Both the position numbers and the translations under genes were made by a program. Below are positions 27,601 through 43,111 of a DNA stretch of 64,000 bases, in pieces. The stretch lies in NCBI GenBank assembly GCA_013265495.1, contig MU062811.1, positions 4,125,462-4,189,461 of the forward strand, in the 5' to 3' direction. A model generated the notes under the pieces. That model had not been told where the DNA came from and made no database searches. It saw nothing but the letters and a program-made list of their open reading frames with translations. Numbering within the stretch: position 1 is the first letter of the stretch; every line of letters starts with the position of its first letter. The stretch is from Vicugna vicugna (Eukaryota).

Positions 27601-30600
27601 TGAGGCCACCCTGGACACCATGCCTGTTTGCGTAAATGAATTTTGCTGGAATACAGCCATGCTGAGTCATTTATATTATCTCCAGTTGCTTTCAGGCTAC
27701 AATGATATCTAAGTAGTTCCAACAGAAACCAGATGGTCCACAAAGCCTAAAATATTTACTTTTTGGTCTTTTCAGAAGACCACCCCTGGCGCATAGCCAA
27801 TGCAGTTAGACCCTACTCTGTTCTCTTGTTCTCCCTGCTCCATTCTCTTTTTCTCCCTGCTCCGGTCACAGCACTTTCCCAGGGCCTTTGCACAGGTTGT
27901 TTCCTTAGCCTGGGCCTCTCTGCCCCCAGATCCTCCCACTTTTCCACTGTTACCCCTCAGTCCATACCACCAGCATCTTGCAATAGCCTGTTGCAATAGC
28001 CTTCTAATGGGTATCTCTGCCATCCTTGCCTCCCTATAGTCCAGTCTCAATAAAGTGGGCAGAGAGGTCCTTTTAAAACAAAAGTCAGGTCACCCCATTC
28101 TTCTGTTCATTTCCTCTCACTCAGAGTAAAGAGTAGGATCTTCATACCCAGTTACAAATCCCTACATAATCTGGCCCCCACTAACCCTCCGCCCTAGTCA
28201 CCTACCTCTCCTCCTCCCTTCCTCCTCCCAAACTCCCTGCTTCACTCTGAATACACCAGACACGTTCTCTCTTCAGAATTCTTGTTCCTGCTGTTTCGTC
28301 CCCTAACTTCTCCTCCCCATGGCTGGCTCTTCCTCACCAAGGCCTTGCTCAAAGTTTACCACCTCAGAGGTGCCTTCTCATACTTACCCTAAAGATGGAA
28401 CCCCCCGTCCCACATTACTCTTTTCCTCTTACTGTTTTTTCTTATAGCACTTACTACTACTTTTATTTGTGTGTTCACTTATTGTCTGTCTTCCCAACTA
28501 GAATGTGGGCTCCAGGCAGGAGCTTGATCTAGTTGGTTCACTGTTAGATTCCCAATATGCAGAGGAGCCCTTGGCAAAAAAGGAAGGAAAAAAAAAAGCA
28601 TTCAGTGATTATTTCTTTAAGGAATATAAGACTCTAAAGTCTTTATAGATTTAGAACCCCTAACTCCAACACTCACTTTATAATTTTCTCCTTTTCTTAG
28701 GAAAAAAGGTAAAAAACCAAATCATCCCTATTAAGAAGAGCGAAGTGTCAAAATATTATACATATTCTAACAAATGGAAAATGTAATGTTGGCAAATTCC
28801 TGGAGAAACTTCTCAGCATAGGAATTATACTTTCTTGCTGTTTGATGCTGATATTAATATTAACAAATATAAGGGCACGTACTCATAGAACCTGCTTCAA
28901 ATCAGATAAAAGAACGATGACTGTGTTACTACACCCACCATTGTGACGCGAGCAGAATGAGAGGTGTGAGAATGCACCCCACAGAGGTTCATGGAACAGT
29001 CCCACAGCCTGCAGTAGACCCTCCGGATCTGCCTCTAGGACTAGTACGTGTGGGTCCAAAATTATTACTAAAGTCTGAGCAGTGCATGTCACCAACAGAG
29101 GACAGAAGCTAGTGCAGATGATAGCTGAATGCTGTCTAGCACTGTCTTGAATAAAAGGGACAGAAGGGGAAGAAACCCTTTACTTGATCTTTGTCCCTTA
29201 CTGTCATAAATTTTCAGTCTCTTTGCTTCATTAAAAAAAAAAAAAAAAGAGCTCTTTCAGCCATCTTGGAGACTGTGGAAACCTGCTGGGAACAGGACTT
29301 CTAAACCAATAAATATGTCTGGAAGGCTGTGGTCCAAGGCCATTTTTGCTGGCTATAAGAGGGGTCTCCGGAGCCAGAGGGAGCACATGGCTCTTCTTAA
29401 AATTGACGGTATTTATGCACAAGCTGAAATTGAATTCTATCTAGGCAAGAGATGTGCTTGTGTGTACAAAGCAAAGAACAACACATTAACTCNNNNNNNN
29501 NNNNNNNNNNNNNNNNNNNNNNNNNNNNNNNNNNNNNNNNNNNNNNNNNNNNNNNNNNNNNNNNNNNNNNNNNNNNNNNNNNNNNNNNNNNNNNNNNNNN
29601 NNNNNNNNNNNNNNNNNNNNNNNNNNNNNNNNNNNNNNNNNNNNNNNNNNNNNNNNNNNNNNTGGATTTGTTAAAAAAAAAAAAAAGAAGAAGAAGGGGA
29701 GAAGGGGAAAGGAATGAAGGAAGGAGAGAGGTAGGAAGGAAGAAAAGGAAAGAAGAGAAGAGAAGAGAGAGAAAGACATAAGCTTATTACAAGGCAGACT
29801 TGAACCAAAGAAGAACAATGCCACTAATAAGCGAAGCTAACCTTACTGAGGCACCCTTAGTGTCAGAGAGTCTAAGTGTTTCATATAAATTCATTTTTTT
29901 AAATTTCATTTTGTCCTTTCTCTCCTTTGGTCCTCAAAACAACCCTCTGAGAACAGTTATTACCTCTATAGCCATCAGATCACAAATGCTCTCAGAGAGA
30001 GAGGTGACAGTGGATTAATGTCAGGGCAGGACTGGAATCTGGGTCTGCTCCATCTAAATCCTCTGGCTTCCCCAACACAGGAGTAACTGGGGGATGTGGG
30101 TCTGCAAGGANNNNNNNNNNNNNNNNNNNNNNNNNNNNNNNNNNNNNNNNNNNNNNNNNNNNNNNNNNNNNNNNNNNNNNNNNNNNNNNNNNNNNNNNNN
30201 NNNNNNNNNNNNNNNNNNNNNNNNNNNNNNNNNNNNNNNNNNNNNNNNNCTCTACGCAGCTGGAGGAAGTTGCGTGGTTAGTGTTCAGGACAGGGGGCAC
30301 TCATGTCCCCCAGCCTTGCCCCTAACTGGGAACGCTTTTAGTGCAAGAAAACCCTGATTTCCCTCCTACTCCATTGACAGTAATCTCAGACATGGAGCCT
30401 GTAAGCGGCATAGCTCAGGAATTACCAAATTAGACCCTTTTGGGGTTTGTCAGCATTTGAAATCCGCAGATTTGGCCAAGGCCCAGTCCTACGCCTGTCT
30501 GCGCGTGGGCCACGCTCCTATCTTGGGTCTCATACGATCGATCAGCCCAGGAGACTGCAGACTTCTCACTATCTCAGGTCAGTCCACGTCTGCCCACGCC

Positions 30601-30971
30601 CCCTTAAACTCCAGCTCTGACCCTACTGCCGGCCGAGGGTCGTCCTGCTTTTATGAACCCCTGCTTCCTTCACCCCCGCAACGTCTCAGGCATTATCTAT
30701 CGGGTGCAATATATCGGGGGTCTAGTCCCCTTACCCATACACACACCTTGTCCAGATACACTTCCGGGTCGAAGTGCGCCCCGTTGAGATCCGTCGGGTC
30801 CAGGGGGTCCGGCCCCGCGGGGTGCCCCGCAGCCTCCCCCTCTGAGAGGCCGTAGTAAAGCTTCAGCATCCCGTGCGCCTTCCGCCGACGCTCCGGAGCC
30901 TCCGCTTCGGGCCCCTCCGGGGAGTCCCCAGGTCCAGACCCCGGGCCAGGCCCAGCGGCTGCGGCCGCCAT
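21663..30971 (-). CDS. VPS51: GARP/EARP tethering complex subunit VPS51 (about 781 aa)
   Basis: Exons 30971-30747, 30259-(gap; starts LRRE), 25540-25394, 25311-25092, 24985-24268, 23872-23657, 23509-23291, 22851-22730, 22639-22552, 21923-21663. Translation: [15 protein letters not shown]...[15 protein letters not shown]...[21 protein letters not shown]...VICERG*. Minus-strand AATAAA at 21555-21560. Confidence 0.97.
26020..27600 (-). mobile_element. Old L1 (L1M-type) fragment(s) in VPS51 intron 2
   Basis: Abrupt switch to T-rich, CpG-poor sequence with L1M-like text such as CATCAAATTTGGG..GTTTT..CCATTATTT. Boundaries approximate. Confidence 0.65.
27620..27787 (+). mobile_element. MER58-like hAT-Charlie fragment
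   Basis: GTAAATGAATTTTGCTGGAATACAGCCATG...AAGCCTAAAATATTTACT..TGG.C.TTT.CAGAA matches the remembered MER58 3' half. Confidence 0.65.
29252..29686 (+). pseudogene. RPL35A: Processed pseudogene (retrocopy) of 60S ribosomal protein L35a, antisense within VPS51 intron 2
   Basis: 5' UTR begins with a CTCTTT TOP-like tract. Intronless ORF from 29315: [59 protein letters not shown], then gap 29493-29662. Poly-A at 29673-29686. A-rich flanks on both sides, with TT|AAAA at 29231. Confidence 0.93.
29687..29780. repeat. Purine-rich (GA/GAA) low-complexity tract following the retrocopy tail
   Basis: Almost exclusively G and A for about 90 bp. Confidence 0.75.
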
Positions 30972-31300
30972 GGCTCCAACTGCCGCCCACGGGCGTGAGG
31001 CTGGGCAGGAGACGGGGAGGAGGCACTTCCGGGAGCCATAAAGTTGTTGTTGAAACGAGGCAGTCCTTCAGGTGAAACGTCCCCCTGCAGCCTTAGTCCT
31101 TCGAGATTAGAGTTCCCCCTAGTCTTTCCTCCCTGAGCGAAGAGGTTCCGGAAGAGCCCTGGGGTCCCCCCAGCTTCTCAGGTGGAAGGATTCTGTCGAA
31201 CTGGTCGGGTTACTCTCTTCTCAGAAGGAGAGCGGGGCGTGGCTCCCACCCCCGCACCCCTGCAGGCAAGGTCTCAGGGAATATGTCCCTAGATGCAGTG
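30450..31300 (-). promoter_or_regulatory. VPS51 CpG-island promoter with ETS/GABP site (CCGGAAGTG on minus strand, 31024-31032)
   Basis: High CpG density; motif about 55 bp upstream of the ATG. Island limits are approximate. Confidence 0.7.
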
Positions 31301-31919
31301 GACGGAGTGCAGGCCATGGAGCCAGAGAGCACGTGCCTGGCATCCTGCCACTGCCTTGTTACCGGGGCCACGGCTTGGCTTCCCCATTGGGGTATGTATT
31401 TCACAAGGGGGCTGTGAGGATTAAAGGCATGTACAGTACCGCACAGTGCCTCTACCGTAGTGTTTCTCAAGCCTGGTCCTCTGATGTGGATCAGAATTGC
31501 CTTCAGAATTACCTTTGGCGCGTTGCAGACTCTGGGCTCCCTTCAGACCTAGCTTCTTTTTAAAAATCCTCAAGTAGTTCGGGTGCACTTGAATTTGATA
31601 ACTATTATACCGTGCTGATAAGGCACACTTGTCAGATGTTAAGTGACTGATGAGATGTGTCCAGTGAGAGGTTGGGTGGAGATGTTGAGGATAATTCCCA
31701 GGTTTCTGATTTGGACAAAGGTACAGCTGTTCAACGAGGTGAAGAGTTGAAGATAGGGAAAGATTTGGAGGTCAAATTGAAACATGTTGATTTTGAATGG
31801 ATGAAAAGGAGAAAAAGACTGTGAATGTGGCCTTTCAAACATTACTTATGATGGGCGGGGGGCCAGGGGTGGAATAGAAACAACTTTATTCTTCCACAGG
31901 GATCCTTCGAACCAAACAC

Positions 31920-32216
31920 AGCCACACCATCTGTTTTCATATGGCCTGTAAGCTGCTGCTTTTTTTTTCTTCCTTTTTAAATGGTTGAAAAATATAATAG
32001 TGACATTTCATGACGTGAAAATTATATAACATTCGTATTTATGTCCATAAATAAAGTTTTATGGGAACATACCCATGCCCACTTGTTTACATCTTATCAA
32101 TGCCTGCTTTTGCACTACTGCAGTAGAACTGAGAGGTTGCAACAGAGACCATATGGCTGGCAAAACCTAAAACATTTACTGTCTGCTCTTTCACAGGAAA
32201 AGTTTGCTGACCTCTG
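31920..32216 (+). mobile_element. MER58B-like hAT-Charlie element
   Basis: AAATAAAGTTTTATGGGAACA...AAAACCTAAAACATTTACT.TCTG..CTTT.ACAGGAAAAGTTTGCTGACCTCTG terminal segment. Confidence 0.7.
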
Positions 32217-34304
32217 AAACTATGGGATGTTCAGAGGCTGTATAAAATATATACATTTAGCTTATGAAGCTACAATCTTAAGAAAAATGAAGTAAAGAGT
32301 ATATTTAGATCTACTCCAGCTTTTTAAAAAAAAAAGTTGCAGAATACTGTTAAGAAAAATTAACTAAAACTTGGAATAAAGACAAAGAGTGTAACAGGGC
32401 CTTCCAAAGTCATACTGGGGCATTGTTTCACAAGCCCACCCAAGAATTAATTACTCATAGAACTGTACATTTGTTTGATTTTTTTAATTTAGATATTATC
32501 CCAGAGAGATGCACATTTCTATCTGGTTGGGAAATAACCTCAAAATTAGTTTTTATTGCCCTGTAGGACATCAACCAATTTTGGATCTAACCTAGTCACA
32601 TTCTAACATTCTTCTTTAAATGCATATCAATATCTAGCTCCTCAAGATGTGTTACTACCTTACTGAGGGGGAACACGTTCACTCATGAGTTAATACATCT
32701 TAGTTATGCATTTATTCTTTATTTAGATATCGTGTTTTTAACTTTTTGAAAAGCATACTTTGACAACACATACAGTGGGATTTTATTTTTTTAATTCTGC
32801 ATGTAGATGTACATGTAGGTGTATGAAGTTACATCAAGAAGGGACCCAAAAGATGCCCACTCACCAAACTGCTGAAGGGGTTATGTCTGTAGGAGTGGAG
32901 GTGGAGGCAGGAGACTGTTACATTTTCCCCTGTATGCTTGTGTATGATGCAAATCTTTGACAAGAACGTATTCATACACTACTTGGATTTTTTTGAATAG
33001 CATTGAGGTAGGAGCCCTAATATATGAAAGTCCATTTGCATTCAAATGAGAACTAAAGGGCAATTGTTTCAACAGTGTGACCAAGACTGGGCATTAGGGC
33101 ACCAGGCAGCACCCCTTTAATGTGTTAAGCTGGGGGTCTGAGGGTCTGATGTGATTAATGACATGGGGCAGCAATAACTGGTGGGGTCAGGCTCTTACCT
33201 TACCACCTTGAGGCAGGAGACTTCAGGTTTTGGCCTGACCTGGGACTTAACTTCTGAGGCAGGAGGCAATGGGGCTGGCCAAATTCAACATCAATTCTTC
33301 TTCTACTTAGTTCCTGGAAGCATGCATGTTTTCTCACTTATTTTGTTGACAATCCTGAATTCTCACCTCCTTTGTCGTGTGCAGAGGGAATGTTTCCTTC
33401 TTGGCTTCTAACTGCCCCTGCACTTTTCACATTCTCGGGCAGAACTGGATCTTAGTGTCAGTACTGATTCCCTCACTCATTAGTTGTAAAAACTTGAGCT
33501 GGCAATCCCTCTCTGTGCCTCAGACTCACGTAGAAAATAGGATTTGTGCCACCAGTCCCAGCTTTCTCATGGGATTCCTGGAATGGTAGAGGTGATGGGT
33601 GTGAAAATGCTGAGGGCTGGAAGGTAGCAGAGAGGGAGAGCTGCCAGCATCATGTGCTGGAAGAACACCTGGGGAGATGGAAAAGCCTGTTGCTCTCCAG
33701 GCCACACCCAGGAGGGTACAGGGAAGGTCCTAGGACAGCTATCCCTTCCCTTAGTTCCTCCCATTAGGGTTTAGAACAAATACTTGGAGCCTGTGATCCA
33801 GCCCAGGCCTGCCCTCACCTGGTTATGCCCTCCAGTTACACCGAAGAGGTTTTATTAGGAGAGATGACACTAATCTCTCATCTAAGACTTGCTGTGGACC
33901 TGCCACATGCCCCTGCACTCTTCTGAGCCCCAGGTCTTCATCTATAGAATGTGTCCACACCACCTCCTGTGTGGAACTGTTGAGAGGACTCGGTGAGAAG
34001 ATTCGCACAAGAGCACAGAGGCTGTGGGCTGGGATGGTGAGGAACACTGTCCCTCCTGCAACATGATATGCCCCACTGCTCTGCACCTTTAGCTCACCAC
34101 CCCTCCACAATTCAGGGCTGCCCTGGCCACCCATGAAACATTCCTGTATTGGTTGGAATCAGCCTGTGTTCTAGAATCTTGTCCCCTATAATGTCCTCAA
34201 TTCTAGAATCCTACTGTTATTCCAGACTGTGTATTCTAGAACCAGAGGGGTCGGCTGATTTTCCTGGCAGTGTCTGCTTGTTCAAGCTCTGCCGGCTGAC
34301 CTGA

Positions 34305-34884
<580 letters not shown>

Positions 34885-34936
34885 GGCCTGGGAACCAGGC
34901 TGAGAAGGGGAAGGAAAAGGCTGCTTCAGGTGTTTT

Positions 34937-34956
34937 AATAAAGTCTGTCATTTATT
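34937..34956. terminator. Opposed polyadenylation signals of TMEM262 (+, 34937-34942) and ZFPL1 (-, 34951-34956)
   Basis: AATAAA followed 8 bp later by TTTATT. Confidence 0.8.
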
Positions 34957-35204
34957 TCCACCTGACAGTTCCTTTGTTGGGTGGGGGGTCGGGGGGGGAA
35001 GGCTGGAGAACCAGGGGAAGCAGATCAAGACAAACGCTTGAACTGCAGGGACCCCAGGCCAAGCCTGCAGCCACCCTGGTGGACTTGGCTTTGGGCCTGG
35101 GATCTTAGTGTCTCAGGCTTGAGGGAAAGGAGCAGAGAAGGGCCCCAGACTTCCCCCCTTGCTTAAGCCCCAAGTCCTAGACTGGACCAGCCATAAGCAA
35201 GGGC

Positions 35205-38516
<3,312 letters not shown>

Positions 38517-38939
38517 CTACGCACTACTCAGCCCAGTTCGTTTCCACTCTTAACTGCCCTAAACACCTTTCGTTTTCTCCCCAACCCCAAATTCCTGCCT
38601 ACCGTACCTCTTCATTCGGAACCACGCCCCCTGAATAAATCCCGCCTCCGGAGACCCCACATTCCTCCAGTACCCTACCCCCGGCCAGGCCCCTCCATCA
38701 GTCCCTCCGATACCACCGGCCCCGCCCCCAAGGGGGCCCCTCCTGAGCCCCACCCCTTCCAAGCCCCGCCCCCACTTTCTCCACACACCCCACTCTCTCC
38801 ACACACCCAACTCTCCGTATTACTAATCCGAGGCGGCACCGGCCCCACGGGCGCGAGGGCTGGTGCGAGGTGCGGAAGGTCAGACCGCGCTCAGCCGAGC
38901 TCTCGCTCAGCTCACTCCAGCTCAGAACGCTCCGATTAT

Positions 38940-39152
38940 CCCTCCGCTGCCACGTCTCTTCCGGGTGCAGCGCGCACTGATGACGCCAGCGCGCCACTGG
39001 TCCCGCCCCTGTAGACGCTAGACATGGAGGCGGCTGAAGAAGGGGTGATGAGAGCTCGGCGGCCCTCCCGCTCTACGTCACTTCCGCTTCCTCTCGGGCA
39101 AGGCGGGTAATTCGAACGTTTGCCCTTCGGGTTGGCGCGAGCCCCGGCAGCT

Positions 39153-39184
<32 letters not shown>

Positions 39185-39200
39185 CGATACCAAGGCTAGA
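38940..39200. promoter_or_regulatory. Bidirectional ZFPL1/CDCA5 promoter with ETS-CRE composite (39075-39086) and CDE/CHR (GGCGG 39102-39106, TTCGAA 39111-39116)
   Basis: Motifs are read directly in a CpG island; the CDE and CHR are separated by exactly 4 nt. Confidence 0.8.
39153..39182 (+). repeat. (GCG)10 trinucleotide repeat just upstream of the CDCA5 ATG
   Basis: 30 nt of perfect GCG repeat ending 19 nt before ATG 39202. Confidence 0.95.
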
Positions 39201-39201
39201 C

Positions 39202-42200
39202 ATGTCCGAGAGGCGAACGCGGTCCGGAGGGGCCGCCCAGTGCTCCGGTGAGCAGAGGGCGCGCGGGAGGGATGGGGTTGAACCGTTTGAGGGACGCTGT
39301 CCTGTGAGGAAGGCCCTCCCCTCACTACACTAGGAGGCTTGTCCCCTCCACTGGGAAGGCGCCCCCAAAGGGCCTGTTAGGGACCTTCTCTCGCTCTCTC
39401 CAGAACCTGTTCTCTAGACTCTGAGGTCCAGAGTGCTCCCCTACCTCGTAAGTTTTTCTCCTTCCAGAGCCCAAGGCCCCAACTCCCACTCAGTCTTTGC
39501 GGAGGTCCCAGCGGAAATCAGGCTCTGATCTCCCAAGCACCCTCCCGGAAATCTGGCCTAAGGTGAGCCCTGCGTTCCTCAGTTCCTCCTGCCCATGGGG
39601 TCCCTGGACTAATATAGAGCTCATGTTCACCCCTTTTCTCCAGGCACCCCAAGAGGCTCCAATCAGAAAGCCCATCGTCTTGAAGAAGATCGTGGCACAT
39701 ACTGTAGAGGTGAGGGCTGAGAGAGGGGTTGTAGGTGGGGAGCCAAAATTGGGGGCCAGCTCTGTGTTTAATTGGTGTTGTCTCCGCAGACCCCATCTGT
39801 TCAGTCGCCTCGAAGGAGCCCCAGGGTAAGTTCATTTTCATCTGCTTAGTTGATGGGAATCCAGGGCACTCTAGAGCTGGGGCGGGACATAATGGCTACT
39901 TACATCTACCCAGGGAGCTGTTTTTGTTGTATTTTGAAATAATTTGCCTTTGGACACCTGCATGTACTGCCTGTCTTGCTTGCTTCCTGCAGATTTAGTA
40001 CATTTAGCTATTGATGTCCTAGTATTCCCTGCTGTTTTTCTTTGAAAGTTGAGCTGTGTCTTAATTACTCTTTCTTCTTTCTGGTCTATTATTTTAGTTT
40101 TTACTTATGGAATTGCAGTGTTCTTAACTGTTAGCAGAAGTTACTAAGGATGTTTCATTGACAAGATCTGTGCCTGAAGCTATAATGAAAGAGAAGATAT
40201 AATGAATGCCTTTGAAGAGCTCATGGGGCTTACAGTCAAATGAGGAGAAAGACGAATAAGTGATAACAACCTAGTGTGCTGAGAACTGTAATAAGGAGAC
40301 TACTAGATGCTGTGGAGGCACCTAACCCAGACCAGATGGCTCAGGGAATATTTCACAGAAGAAGTATTTAAACTGAATCTTTAAAGGCAGGCTGTGTTTG
40401 CAGAGTCCACAAGGAAAAGCCCAAGGTTTGGGAACAGCAGCTTGTTTGGTGTGTCTGCAGCAGACCTTGTCAGGGCAAGGGAGTGTGCTGAGCCAGACCA
40501 GATCCTGATGAGGCATGAAAGCCACGCTTAGGAGTTTGGACTTCATCCTTGGTTCTGTGGGCAGCTTTGGAGAGCCTTAAGCAAGGTAGTGACTGAGGCA
40601 AGCTTGGATGTTTTAGAAAGATCCCTCTTGGGTCTGGGTGGAGGATGTGTTGGAGAAAGCCTCTTGGGGACCCCAAAACCAGGTACGAGGACTTGAAAGG
40701 AATCCTGAAGTGAGATGGTGGGAGCCCGGAGTAAGGTAAAGGCAGAGTGCTGCTCCTCACCCCATCACACAGGACTTAGCTCAAAGAACACCTCCTAGAA
40801 ACATTCCGGATATAGTTCTCCACAGGCTTGATGAATAGCAGAGAGTATTTTGTTTGCATGTTTGTTGTCTTGAGGACAGGGACTTCTGCCTCCCCTGTGG
40901 TGGCCACTCTTTCTTGGCTGAATGATTGTTTGATGAAATAATAAGCCAAAAAGCTGCGTGCTTGGCTGTAGGGGAAGAAGTAGTTGGGTGACACCCAACT
41001 ACTTTTGTTCAGCATCCCTTTTACTAGGTTAAGAGTAATAGGGCAGATTTCTCAGAGCCTGTAGCCAGATGTCTCTCTTAATAACCAATACAATTCTATT
41101 AGACCACAATAGAGGTCACTGAATTTATCCCACTTCTCACCTTGTCTTGGCTGTCAGAAAGCTCAGTGCCAAGTTTGTGTAAGTTAATCCGGTGAGCATC
41201 TGTTGAATACCTGCTCCTTGCAGGGCCCTACTGAAGGTGCTGGGCGTAGGCGAGAACCAGACAGATGAAGCGCACGTTCTGATTGGGGTGACAGTCAACC
41301 AGTGAGCAGCCAAAATCAGGTAGTGATGGTTGCTGTCCAGGAAAGAGGTCATTGTGACGGAGGGTAACAAGCAGAGGTGAAGGGGGGCTGGTCTCTACTC
41401 CAAGGTGAGGGATGGCCTCCCTGAGGGAACAGTATTTGAACTGAGATTAGACTTAAGAGGAGCCAGTACATGGACCTCTTAGTACGCATGTCAGATTAAG
41501 CACTTTCCTGTTCATAACCTTGCCATGGCTCCCTGGGTCTCAGAGCAAGGGTCTCCCCTTACAGTGGCCTACCAAAACGCCTTAGAACATGCCCATTACC
41601 TCCCAAACCACCTTCAGTTCCTCTTCTCACTTTAGCCACACTGGCCTTCCTGTTCCTTGACAGTGACTGTCATAGTTGCACCTCAGGACCTTTGTACCTT
41701 CTGTTTGCTCTGCCTAGAACATTTCTTCTCCAGATGACTTATTCCCTCACCTCCTTCAAGTCATAGCTCAGATGCTACCTCAGTGGGGCCTACATTGATG
41801 TATACCTGCTTAAAATTCCAAACCACCCCCAAGTATGCTCTAGGCTCCTGTTTTTCTCCAAAAGAGAACTTAGCATCTCTAACGGACAACATGATTTCTA
41901 TTGCCTCTTTTCCCTGCTAGAGTGGAAGCTCCACGAAGACAGGGGTTCTCTCTGTTTTTTTCCCTGCTGTACTCCCAGTGCCCAGGACAGGGCCTGGCAG
42001 GTGACCCATACGTACTTACTGACTGGATGGAGATTTTAGGAAAATCATCTCCAGCTGTGTGGCAAATGGACCGGAGCAGGAAGGGGCAGGGAGGAGGGTA
42101 TTGAAAGGGTCTAGAGGACAGGTGATGGGGGCTTGCTCCAGTGACGGATGGTTAGGGTTCAGTCACATTTTGGGGACAGACCTGATAGCGTCGGGGATGG

Positions 42201-43111
42201 TGGCCAGTCTTCTTGTGTCACAACAGTGGACTCAGAAGCCATGACTGACTGGTCTCTTCCCCTCCCCACATCTGTCTCAGTGCCTAACTTGTTTCCACTT
42301 TCCCTTTTAAAAGTGTCCTGTGGGTCTGTCTTTCTGCCCTACATCTCCTTGGGCCTTTCTGAGAGTAACACAGCTAGGTAACAGGGAGGCATTCTCTCTT
42401 CCATCTTGGTACAGATTGCTTTTCTCTTGGAGAAAGAAAACAACCCTTCCAGCAAGAAGCCTGCAAGGGAAGACCTCTTCCAGACATGCAGCGTCCCTGT
42501 CACCCCCACCCCCACTCCTGTGCTCTGCTCTATTAGTGTTGAGTCCAACTCCGGAGAAGGAGACCTGGACGCCAGAGACTTGGAAATGTCGAAGAAAGTC
42601 AGGCGATCCTATAGCCGTCTGGAGACTCTTGGCTCTGCCTCCACCTCCACCCCTGGCCGCCGGTCCTGCTTTGGCTTTGAGGGGCTGCTGGCGGCAGAAG
42701 ACTTGGCTGGAGTCTCACCGGTGGTGTGTTCAAAGTTAACCGAGGTCCCCAGGGTCCCTGCGAAGCCCTGGGCCCCAGACATGACTCTTCCTGGAATCTC
42801 CCCGCCGGTCATAAAAGAGAAGCGAAAGAAGAAGAAGGTGCCTGAAATCTTGGTGAGTGAGGGGCAGGGCCTTCCTCTGCGGACACGCCAGACACACCAG
42901 ACACTCACAGGGCCGGGGCTCAGCTCTGGTTTTTATGAGGGAAAGGCAGCGCCTGCAGACCATAGGTGGAGACATTCCAGCCAACATGCCCCCTTCCCCA
43001 CTCACCTGCCCCCCATTTCTCTTCCCCCAGAAATCGGAGCTGGATGAGTGGGCCGCGGCCATGAATGCTGAGTTTGAAGCTGCTGAGCAGTTTGATCTCC
43101 TGGTTGAATGA
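39202..43111 (+). CDS. CDCA5: Sororin (cohesin stabiliser), 253 aa
   Basis: Exons 39202-39247, 39468-39562, 39644-39709, 39790-39825, 42415-42852 and 43031-43111 sum to 762 nt. KEN box (LEKENN), FGF motif (RSCFGFEGLL), ends ELDEWAAAMNAEFEAAEQFDLLVE*. AATAAA at 43988-43993. Confidence 0.98.
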
